Below, piece by piece: positions 11,716 to 22,920 of a stretch of DNA of 32,000 nucleotides (its first letter is position 1; each line of letters starts with the position of its first letter). The stretch lies in NCBI RefSeq assembly GCF_000400465.1, contig NW_008806275.1, positions 309,656-341,655 of the forward strand. Direction: 5' to 3'. The DNA is from Wallemia ichthyophaga EXF-994. Its lineage: Eukaryota; Fungi; Basidiomycota. Made by a program: the position numbers and the translations under genes. Below the pieces are notes generated by a model. That model saw nothing but the letters and a program-made list of their open reading frames with translations, was not told the origin of the DNA and did not search any database.

Positions 11716-12800
11716 CAGAACGCCGAGAACTATCTCTTGACCCCTTCAAAAAATGGCGATCTTTGCGTGGCTAAATTGAGCCTCGGAAGCGACAACAGAA
11801 GCGTCAGCTGCGAGGCCAGTAGAAACCTCAAATGGTTCATTTCAAACGCAGGTGTTATGAACCCTGTATACAAAGTCAGCCTTCCAAACCCCAGTTTAGA
11901 CGGCGATGACTTACCCTTGTTCCAAATAAGCAAGCCTAGTATGTCTACTTGTCGTCATTAGCCTCAGCTAATTGAGTTCCAGATCCCAATGCAAACTTTT
12001 GGTCTCTTTTCTATTTTGTCTTTGGTGGCTATCAAATACCTCCGAAAAGAATCGAGGTGAGTCTCTTTTCCTGCGGCAGACATCATTTTAAGTTTTAGTT
12101 TGGCAAAATTACGAAATCCACCAACAAAGATAAGCAAAATGAGTTCAAGATTGCAATCACAGGTAAGACATCCGAGGAGAAAGCTGTGTGGCAGACACTC
12201 GGTGAAGGAAACGAGGATGCCGTTGAATGGGTTATTCTCTGCACCATTCTCAATCTATTAGACGATGAGATCAAGAAGTCTCCTTCCGAGATTCCAATTA
12301 TGCAACCGCAATCCAAGACAAGTTCGCTTAACAGGAAGCCATCGCAGGCACCTTCGGCTGCGTCTACAACATCTGCAACGTCTGCTGCTTCGGCCACTTC
12401 TTACATGGGAGCACCAGGTCATTATCAGCAACCAGGAGCACCTTCAGTTATGACGCCTCCAAGACCAGTCGTATCTCCACGACCAATGGTATCTGCAAGG
12501 CCAGTAGCTCCCAGGCCAGTAGCTCCAGTTGTAGCAGCCGCGCCTCCACAAAACTCACGCATGGTATCACAAAGGACGCCACAGCTTGCACCAATTGGAT
12601 TTGCACCAGGAGGAATGCCTATGCCGATTCCAATGCAAATGCCGGTATCAAATCATTCAAAACATTCACAGCATTCACAGCATTCACACCATCCACACCA
12701 TCAGAACCCCCCGCATCCACACCCCCAGCAACCCCATAGGATGCCACAACAAGCAATGCCACCGAGAATGCCTTCTAGGGAACTCTACAAATCGAGATAA
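11716..12800 (+). CDS. Conserved hypothetical basidiomycete-type protein with P/Q/H-rich tail; 5' exons unresolved (possibly from ATG 11452)
   Basis: Spliced product QNAENYLLTP...LFQISKPNPNANFWSLFYF..IPPKRIEFGKI..ITGKTSEEKAVWQTLGEGNEDAVEW is in frame across two canonical introns. Confidence 0.7.
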
Positions 12801-12873
12801 ATGAACAAGTGTATATATTTGTATTTTAGTCGTCCTATTTATTGTTATCTCCAACACTCGTCTTTTATGCAGA

Positions 12874-15053
12874 ATGGGATCGTTAACGAAGCTGCCTTCC
12901 GAGCTGTGGTCTTGTGTACTAGAGCAGCTGGAGCCACGTGACCAATCATCGAGCACGGCTGCGCTAATGATTGCGTTCCCGAAGGCTCCCGTTGACTTCA
13001 AGCACGTGTGGACGCATATACACTTGAGGAATGAGCTACAAGTGAAGGCGCTCAATTTGAAGCTTGTAAATGATAAGGAGATGAAGATCAGTCTACAGCG
13101 CGAGCCGTTCCTCGGCCAGTCTCTGCGTCATTCGGCTCTTTTGGGCGATCCGTACTATCTGATTAATGTATACGAGGTGCTCAAGCAGGCGCACTTGCTT
13201 TCTTTATTCGTTGGACCAGCATTCGCACCCGAGCATCTCGCAGAGTTGTTTCGCAAACCGCGTCGTAATCTCAAGACGCTCAATATACACTTCCGCCCTT
13301 ATTTGAAGCGGAGGTCTTACTACCAGTGGGTTTGGCCATCTGTGTGAGTCGTGGCGTTCCTCACATGCGCACAGATTCCTCAAAGGCGCTTACTTCGACT
13401 CGACGTTGGAAGAGCTAGCGAGAAGGTGGCCAATCAATGCGAATCTCACGCGAGTGTCATTTATACAGGATAACCCACCTAGCATTGAGTACAAGGCTAG
13501 TAAAGAGCGGCTTCCAATTGAGGAAGAAGAATCGGTGGAGCTCGTCGATCACTCGACATACCTCAACAGTTACTCAGGTGGCCCATCGACTATGTTTAGG
13601 AATAAACTTCTAACTGAAGATTTACCAAAGAAGTTCGCACATCCTATCGTTTTCTTTAACCTTAGTCACTGTCTCACTCAATTTGCTTCGAGTGACTTTG
13701 CATCGAGCGTGGAGCATTTCAGACTACGAGTACCGCAAAGAGATGTGAGTGGAGTGTTTAATTGATTTGGTGGTAGCTAATGAAATATTTTGTTTTCGCT
13801 ATCGCTAGGTCGCGACTTCACTATCAGTGCAAGGGTCACTACCGCGCGTAACCAGTCTCGATCTGTCAACAACAACCATCAGAGTTGGTGGACCTGATGC
13901 TAACCTCGCCAGTCTGCTCAGAAGACTCAGCAAATTGCAGTATCTCGTACTCGACCAGACGGATGTTCTCGGTGCGGATAGGAAGTTCATCAACTTGGTC
14001 GCTAGAGATAGGGCGAAGAAGGCAGCGCGAGCAATTGGACAGCTGTGTGCAACGACGGGGCTGGTACGTGCAAAGCTACTTCAGGCTCGGATCAATGAAT
14101 GGGTTGCTGAACAGAGGGCAACGTTTGTCGGTATGAATGAGGCTATGATGAGACAGGTAAATATTCAAGATATTCAAGAAAATCAAGGCAGACGCGACCA
14201 GATACCAGAGCAAAGTACTTCATCTAGACGGAGAATTAACACAGGGAGGAGAGCATTCCAGGCAAATTTCTCTTTAAGAGAACAGACAGAGACTGGGAGC
14301 GCACCAAGGCTGTCCAGTGCTGCTAGAGCTTACTTGAAACATGCCCCAGTGGAATATGTCGTCCTGGCTGAGTTGCCTTGCTTGAAGGCTATCACAGTTG
14401 GTGTGCGCGACTGCGTCAAGCAGGCCAGACGCGATGAATGGCAGCGCGATTTCGAAAAAGGCTGGAAAGAAGGTTGCAGCAAGGTTGTTGAGAGTATCAA
14501 CAGTTCGTACAGAGGCTGGATCAAGAGCCGCGAGGATGAAGACAGAGCGAGGGATTTGAGAGAGAGGAGAGAAGGTAGAGAAGGTAGAGAGACAGATAGC
14601 CACAGAGACAGAGGAAAACAGCAGCAGAAGTACAAGAAGTATGGTAAATCTAGCAACAACGTTTCCCAGAATAGAGGAGACAGAGGAGAAGAGAGGAGGA
14701 AGAAGGTCGAGTTGATCAGGATTGACGAAGAGGGGGACATAGTGACCAGTGAAGATAGGATAAGAGGTTCAACCCTACCTAATGGGTTTGCAGAGGAGTT
14801 CCAAGGCATGAGAGCGTGTCTGAGCGAGGAAGAAGTGCTCAAGATGATATCACGCGGATCAGACAAGATGTTCCAAGTGCCCAAGTTCTGCAGCGTAGGC
14901 AAATGCGAGCATCCTGCCGAAATGAACGACAGCGACAGCGATGAGGATGAAGATGATGACGATGATAATGATGTCGATGATGTCGATGATGTCATGGGGT
15001 GTCCTCGAGGGTGTGCCCACGAGTACATACGCAGAGTCTGGAGTGATATTTAG
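12874..15053 (+). CDS. F-box-like protein with LRR-like segments and a charged low-complexity C-terminal half
   Basis: N-terminus LTKLPSELWSCVLEQL fits the F-box pattern. Intron 13326-13374 gives RSYYQFLKGAYFD, and a second intron lies at about 13746-13808. LPRVTSLDLS and LSKLQYLVLD are LRR-like. Confidence 0.65.
14935..14994 (+). repeat. Imperfect GAT-rich coding repeat (acidic tract in F-box-like protein)
   Basis: Encodes DSDEDEDDDDDNDVDDVDDV. Confidence 0.8.
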
Positions 15054-15180
15054 AGCCAGTCTTTATACATACATTTGCTTTATTCAAAGGAAGAAATAAA
15101 ATGAAAAAACAAAATTTTGAGATAAATTAAACTGCTCAAGCTCTTCAATGTTCGCTACCTCACTGAGAAACACAGCAAAA

Positions 15181-15763
15181 ATGAGCAACGTATTCTTCGA
15201 TGTTAGCGCGGGCGGTAGCCCATTAGGTGGGTTGGCTTGTGTGTGCGTTTACGACAGCTAAACGCGACAGGCCGTATTGTATTCCAACTCGCGGACAATG
15301 TCGTACCAAAGACAGCAAGAAACTTCCGTGAATTGTGTACCGGCCAAAATGGATTTGGATATGCGGGATCAGGATTCCACAGAGTAATCCCATCATTCAT
15401 GTGAGTGGGAGTATTTGTGTTTACCTGAATGGGTTTATTAACAAATATAGGTTACAAGGTGGTGATTTCACCAACCACAACGGCACTGGCGGTAAATCCA
15501 TCTACGGCCAAAAGTTCGAGGACGAGAACTTCACGCTGAAGCACACCAAGCCAGGTCAATTGTCAATGGCTAACGCAGGTAAGAACACCAATGGATCTCA
15601 ATTCTTCATCACCACCGTTCCTTGCTCTTGGTTGGACGGCGCTCACGTCGTCTTCGGTGAGGTCGTCGAGGGATTGGACATTGTCAAGAAGGTTGAATCA
15701 TTGGGCTCTGGCTCTGGTAAGCCAAAGACTGAGATCAAGATTACCAACTCTGGCACTGTCTAA
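15181..15763 (+). CDS. CPR1: Cyclophilin A-type peptidyl-prolyl isomerase (2 introns)
   Basis: [64 protein letters not shown] and [10 protein letters not shown]. Confidence 0.96.
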
Positions 15764-15959
15764 GACTATTCAATTGGAAATGTATGAATGAAAATTTGAT
15801 GAATTCAATTATAAAAGATACAAGAGACTTGTATGAGTGTGGGTCAGCGATATACGTGAAAAGATTATGTATAATGTTTAAATAAAATTTTGATAGATTT
15901 TGTTGAAATTTGAATGAATGATAACAGCGTCTCGTATCACAAGACAGAAGAAATTGAAA

Positions 15960-16254
15960 ATGCATTTAATGTTCACAACGAATGATGAAGGGAAGAGGGT
16001 TTATTCTTTGAAGGTTTGTCCTGTGCTTCTGGTATATTCTCAGTCTAACATATTTACGCAGAAGATAACCACATCAGGCAAGATAACCAAATCCGCACAT
16101 CCAGCTAGATTCAGCCCAGATGACAAGTTCTCCCGTCACAGGTAAATTGATTTTTAATTAAAATACCGCTCACATACTCATTCTCCTTAGGGTGACAATA
16201 AAGAAGAGATATGGTATCCTGCCAACGCAATTACCAAGGAATAGAGCATTTTGA
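15960..16254 (+). CDS. NOP10: H/ACA RNP subunit Nop10 (3 exons)
   Basis: Spliced product [60 protein letters not shown]. Confidence 0.95.
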
Positions 16255-16521
16255 TTGGTTAATTAGTTTAATTGCTGTTTACCTGATTAATTTATATATA
16301 TTTTATTAAAATTACTATTTACGGTTCGAATTAAATGCCTTAACTGAGTTATCTGCAATGTCTGTATACCAACTACGACCACACATTTATAACGCATTTT
16401 ACGCGTTTTATATTCTATTGAACCAATTTTAATCTTCTATCGACTTATATTGGTTATATATTCACTCTCCTCTCTTCATTCCCCGCTTTTCACCTCTTTT
16501 CAGCCTAAAACATTCTCTTAA

Positions 16522-19500
16522 ATGGCTGATAACTCGAGGCCACCATTGAAGCACCTGTCTTCTTCTTTCAAGTCTGGTGATGACAGCGATCCCAATCTCA
16601 ATATCAACGATCAGCCCATCCTCGCTCCTACTGTCAGCTTTCAATACACCAACGATCAAGACCCTGAAGCTGCCTATAAAATACACACCGATTCAGCCTT
16701 CAAAAGGAAACGCTCCCTCGTCAAGCCTGAACGCGAACGCCCTGATCCCAACCACAGACTGTTTCACTATCGTAACAGAGCCGCACATCTAGATCAGTCT
16801 GGTCACGGTGGCGTTAAAGCTTCTTGTGAGCTCTGTTTCTCTTTCTCAATCACTTCCCTCTGACTTACACTTTCAGCCACCGGCGCTTACCCCCAGCAAT
16901 CCTCCTCTCCAGGCGTACGCCGAGGCAAATCCGTTCTAGGCAGACAAGACCCCGGTCCTGGTCTCTTGCGGAGGCAGACTAAAAAGTACAACTCTATTAT
17001 TGCTCCCGTCGAAGCTGAGAATGCCCCGACTGGAAAAGAACCCACGTCAACCTCCACCTTCGGCTACGCTTCTATACCTGGCCCAAAAGGTCCGTGGATG
17101 CTTTATTGCTTCATTATCACATGCTTCATTCCCAATTTCCTTCTCAAATTATGCGGTATCAACACTCCAGAGCGTCAAAGGGCTTGGCGTGAAAAAATTG
17201 GCTTGTTGGGTGTTATTGGTTGTTTGATGGCTTTAGTTGGTTTTATTACTTTCGGGTTCACTCAGACTGTTTGTGGTGTACCTCCTCATCGTTATCAAGT
17301 TGGTCACATCGATAATGGTAACCTCGTTGTGAACGGTATATCGTACAGTCTCAATACCTGGAAGCATCCTCAAGTTAATGGCTGGTTTGATAGTGATGAG
17401 AATTCAAACGTTCTCTTTAATGGTCCCATGCCTGCTTCTGGAATGGACGCCTCCTTTCTCTTTCAAAGAGTGAATGAAAACTGCAAAGATATCATTACTC
17501 CAGCAGATAATACTGGCATTGATCACTCCGGTAATGATATGTCATGGTATTTCCCTTGTCAACTTTTCAGCCCTAATGGGACAACCACCCCCAATCTTTC
17601 CAACTATACCGATGATACTCTTTGTCATACTTCTTCCACGGCTAGAGACGCTTTCGACTCCCTTGGTTCAAATGAAGATGTTACCACTGGTCAAATTTAC
17701 TTTACTTGGGATGATTTACGCGATCCAAACAGAAATTTAATCGTTTATGAGCAAGATGTTTTAGATTTAAGTTTGTTAAATTGGTTGGACAGTGCTCAAG
17801 TCAATTGGCCTTCGGAGTTTGATGAGTTAAAATCTCCCACACCGGAAGACAAGTTTAAAGGCAAAGATATAACGATGACAATGCAAAGAACTGGCAGAGA
17901 TGATATCGGTAAATGTCTGCGTGACATTGTTAGAGTTGGTTTCATCGATACTGACACTGTTGGATGTGTTGCTTCTAACGTGGTGTTATACTTATCTCTG
18001 ATATTTATTATCGGGGTTGTTTCGTATGTTTATTTACTGCGTTGTTTATCCTTCTGACAAATGATTTTAAGCATCAAATGGGCTATGGCGGTCTTCTTTG
18101 GTTGGTTCTTATCCTGGAGACTCGGTGTAGGATTCAAAGAAACAAGAGAAGAAAGACACGCGCGAATGAATGCCATTGAGAACTGGTCAGATGATATTTA
18201 CAAACCAGCTCCAAATAAATACAGGCCTTCAGCACCTCCTAACAACTCCAAATCCAATCCTTTTAGTAAAACTACAGCAAAGTTATTACCAAAGTCTAGC
18301 AGATTCACTCCTGCGCAAGAGAAACCAACATTCGTACCTGAGTTGAACAAACGCGCGAATAACTTTACTACATCAAATTCAAAAAGTTTTCTTGGCTCTT
18401 CAATCTATAGCCCTCCAGACTCTCCAAACATACGAGGCACACAAAGCTCAAGTAGTTTGCCATTCGCTAGCTCAAAAGAGTTTGTTGACTGGAACAGATC
18501 TTCGTCATTAGCTTCTGGCAGTTCAGGTGGATGTCCTTATCCTTTGGTTCAGAATGTTGTCCCACAACCACCATCAGACTATGAACCTCACAACTTCCCG
18601 TTAGCTCATACTATATGTCTAGTCACCGCTTATTCTGAAAGTGTTGAAGGTTTGAGAACTACTTTGGATTCCTTAGCTACGACAGATTATCCTAACAGTC
18701 ACAAGCTTCTGTTGATTATTGCAGATGGTATTGTCAAAGGATCTGGAAACGACATGTCGACACCAGACATATGTCTTAGTATGATGAAAGATTTGGTTTT
18801 ACCCAAGGATCAAGTTGAAGCCAACTCTTTTGTTTCAATAGCTGATGGACATAAAAGACACAACATGGCTAAAGTTTTTGCAGGATTTTACGATTATGAT
18901 GAGTCAACAGTCGAGCAAAACAAACAACAACGTGTACCGATTATTCTCGTCGCAAAAACTGGTAATCCACTTGAAGCTAAGGAGGCTAAACCTGGTAATC
19001 GTGGTAAACGTGATTCACAAGTATTGCTCATGTCTTTCCTTCAAAAAGTCATGTTCGACGAACGCATGACGACATTTGATTTCGATTTCTTTAACACTAT
19101 TTGGAGACTTACAGGTGTTTGTCCCGACAGATATGAAACTTGCTTGATGGTTGATGCTGATACGAAAGTTTTCCCTGATTCACTCACAAGAATGATGGCA
19201 TGTATGGTAGTCGATCCCGAAATCATGGGTTTATGTGGTGAAACTAAGATTGCAAACAAAGCACAAAGCTGGGTTACTATGATACAAGTATTTGAGTATC
19301 ACATTTCTCATCACTTGGCAAAGGCTTTCGAATCAGTTTTCGGTGGTGTTACTTGTTTACCTGGTTGCTTTTCTATGTACAGGATTAAGGCTCCAAAGGG
19401 TGGTCAAGGCTATTGGGTACCAGTTATCTGTAACCCGGATATTGTTGAGCACTACTCTGAAAACATCGTCGATACACTTCACAAGAAAAATTTACTGCTC

Positions 19501-20824
19501 CTCGGTGAAGATAGATTCTTGACAACGTTAATGCTTAGAACTTTACCAAAGCGCAAGATGATGTTCTGTCCACAAGCAGTTTGTAAAACTGTTGTACCGG
19601 ATGAGTTCAAGGTCTTATTATCACAAAGAAGGAGATGGATTAACTCAACCGTTCATAATCTGTTTGAGCTCATATTGGTTAGGGATTTATGCGGAACGTT
19701 TTGTTTCTCCATGCAATTCGTCGTCTTTATGGAAATGGTCGGTACGATGGTTTTACCAGCTGCTATTACGTTCACCGTTTACATCATTGTCCTCGGAATG
19801 TGGGTGAGGACTCATTAGATTTGCATTACTGACACTTTTTAGTATTCCATCTGAACGTACCCCAACGATCTCACTTATTTTGCTCTTGATCATTCTCGGT
19901 TTACCAGGTCTTCTTATTGTTCTGACATCGCGAAGACTAGCCTACGTTGGATGGATGATAATCTATCTTTTCTCGTTGCCAATATGGAACGCTATCTTAC
20001 CAGCTTACTCGTTCTGGCATTTTGATGACTTTTCGTGGGGTGCAACTAGACAAATTGAGGGTGAAGGTGCCGAAGAGTCGCACGGAGATAAAGAAGGAGA
20101 ATTTGATCCATCACATATCATTATGAAACGTTGGGCAGAATTCGAACGTGACAGAAGATATAGAACTGGTACAAACTCGAGAGATTCTACAGATGATGTC
20201 AGTAGATCTGCAAGGAGGCATGATTATAGAAGATCGGTGAACAGTAATCACGATGGTGGTGGGTTGACGTTGGATGCTTTGAGAAATCCGCCATCTTCAG
20301 CATCAAGAGGTAGTTTGACTGGACCTCCTCTAATTGAATTACCTCAACCACTTTCGACACATTTGAATGAAGCATCTGGTTCTACACCGCCACCCGTATC
20401 AAGAATTCCAGAAAATTTAGCAAATTTTGACGAATCAAGTGGAGCAAACAGTGTAGAACAGAAGCCAATGTTATCTTTGAGTCATATTGATTCACCTTTA
20501 CACGATCAAGATAGTCATCAAAGACTAGCTTCAATACCTCAAAGCGAGTTCTATCAACCACAAGCACAGTCAAATGAAAAGGAATCATTCTTAGAGGATA
20601 ACAGCCATCTCAACAGACCAGCACTCGGGATTACTCTAATGGATCAAGGGCCTATTGGCGAATCACCCCGAAGAGTAGTCAAACCAGCTCACAAAAGGAG
20701 ACAGCCAAGCTCGTCATTGGCGCTTGAACAATTGAATCAATATAGTCAACAAAGACGAGATGAAAGGGTGGGTAGCTCGGAGGATATTGATTTAGACGAA
20801 TCAACTCGTGCATCACAATCTTAA
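16522..20824 (+). CDS. Chitin synthase, division 2 class IV (Chs3-like), 3 introns
   Basis: [92 protein letters not shown] and HFDDFSWG. Confidence 0.95.
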
Positions 20825-21155
20825 TCGACAAATGCAAAGCAATATGATTTGTGAGTCGTCGTATGTGGTTAATGAGCTGAGATAACTTAACTTACGAAAC
20901 AGACTTCTACTTTATTTAATACTGACAATGTACCACTACTTCTAGTCAGATTTTGCACTCTATTAGCGATTATTTTACAATTTCATCTGGCGTTTTGAAC
21001 ATTAGTCAGGCAAACAGGCTACTTTTGTATTTTTGTTAAATTATGTATCTTCTCAGATATGGCGGAGTATTGCTAAGCTGCGTTGATCATCTCCAATGCT
21101 TGATGACTTCAAGATGTGATTAGAGATGGCAAGACAATTTCGCAAGACGATAGTG

Positions 21156-21406
21156 TCCGAAATCGCTCAAGCATTAAAAATACATCCTCATATCAACCCT
21201 CCGCTCTCTATCCACCGAGTTGGATTTCTCTCTTAACACCTATCTCATTTCAGATGGTGATTTGCGACTTTTGATGATCTCCATATAAAAGAGCTTGAAT
21301 GATAGCTCTGACAGAAACGAATATGATTCTACCTGATTTGTATCCCTGGCGCTCCAGAATTGAGCCCTGCACGCTGATCGGAAGCAATTATCCGAAATCG
21401 CTCAAG
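21156..21406 (+). repeat. 16-bp exact direct repeat TCCGAAATCGCTCAAG at 21156-21171 and 21391-21406
   Basis: Exact match read directly from the sequence, with starts 235 bp apart. Confidence 0.85.
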
Positions 21407-21513
21407 AGCACGCTATAGGATGAACATCGACATTTAAGCGCTTAATCCATGAAAGTAAAATTTCCGCGATTTATAGAGATCCTAAGTACCTAAGATAATC
21501 AATTTTCCGGGCT

Positions 21514-21865
21514 CTATAAACACGTAAAACATTTTACGTTGCGTGTCGTCTACAGGACTTACTTTTGGTATTAGGGAAAAATATCACTACTCAGCATCAC
21601 TTTACACTTGAAAGAAGCGATTTGGGTATAGAAAAGGAGGGGTCAGCATAACTCTGAAATCGCGACTTTGGCTTCACTTGATGCATTTCGAGATTTTAAG
21701 TAATTGGGGATTTGAAGGCACTTAAGGGTCCTTTGTAATCGTTGAAGTCAAGATAATAGGAGTTTGTGTTTTTAATACCGAATTGCACTCTTTGCAGCAT
21801 CTAACATTTAGGTGGATGAATGCCGAGTACATGCTGCGTTATCCATGAAAATCGTACCTGCAAAC
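21514..21865. repeat. Dispersed noncoding repeat, copy B (diverged homolog of 41-380, same orientation)
   Basis: CTATAAA (21514-21520) plus hairpin (21522-21539), AACTCTGAAATCG (21650-21662), AATCGTTGAA (21737-21746), GATAATAGGA (21752-21761). Confidence 0.8.
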
Positions 21866-22079
21866 GTCTCAATTAGCTGATGATTACAGAATTTTGATAA
21901 GTGTGCTCGAATTGGCAGCATTCACTGTGCTATAGCGAACTTAAGCACGTCATTTTATAAGATTGCAGCGTCATTCCAACTCTAAAAGCTTAACTATTGT
22001 ACCCAATAATACATCAGAAAAGATATCACACCCAAATTATATACGTTTGGATTCACCTCCCTATAAACCCAACTACCAC

Positions 22080-22858
22080 ATGTCTTTTATCAAGTACGAA
22101 ACCAATTTCAACGAGAACGAATTGAAGGGGAAGACGTTGATTTTGCCATCGATCAGTATAGCGAATGTACCGCAATTAGCTATCGAGCTGCTGCTGAACA
22201 ACCATTCGAATGAGTTAATTGGTAGGTTCAACAACGACGGCTTCATCCAAGTTGCGGGTGGATCTGCTAGTGGCTTGGTAACTCCCTTGGAATTGCGTAG
22301 GCTGCAAAAGTGCAGCGATGTCTTCATAATCGACCAGCGATCACCGATACTCAAAGTAAGCACTCATTATCTGTTAAACGGAGCTGACGAGTACAGAGCC
22401 ATAAGAGTACATTCGTAGATAATCTTAAGGTTTGGGCAGAGAGGCTGGAGCTCGACGTAGTCGTTCTATCTTCTGCAGATTCAGCTGCGAGAAGCGACAA
22501 TGAGATCATGTCAAGCCAGCTGAAGCAACTGTCTAATAAGGAAGCGAAATACGATAGCAGGATAAGCGTTTTCGAGCCGCTTGAATTAGGCAGCGCTAAT
22601 GGATCTGGCCTGCTCAAGTCTTACTATACCAACATGAAGAAAGCGTGTGCGTTGTGTCTGTTCACAACTGAAGGAGACAACAGGCCTGATGCCCATCTCC
22701 TCGTAAAGGCGATTTCAAACGTACTTGGCTTGGAAGGTATGTGAGCTCAGCGATAACGTCAGATTTGTGTTAACGCAGCTACAGCGGTTGAATTAAAGGA
22801 TCCTGGGCATTGGGATGGGCTTTTTGGACGCTTATATGATATTAAATTATTTGGCTGA
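22080..22858 (+). CDS. Proteasome assembly chaperone 2 (PAC2/PSMG2 family), 2 introns
   Basis: KGKTLILPSISIANVPQLAIELL, TPLEL, QRSP, EGDNRPDA and a terminal P..W.GLFG. Confidence 0.85.
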
Positions 22859-22920
22859 GATGTTTGTTCCTTGTATTTTCCATGTCTTCTCTTTTGCTTG
22901 AGAACTACGAATATTACGAT

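Noticed and set aside
14330-15028. 232-aa antisense ORF, plus other long antisense or alternate-frame ORFs over INO1, CHS, DHX and KEX2
   Set aside because: These are shadows of real genes caused by low-complexity sequence and codon bias.
21040-21450. Possible small spliced gene in the long intergenic gap
   Set aside because: Only short ORFs are present, one model needs an unusually short 35-nt intron, and there is no recognisable product.
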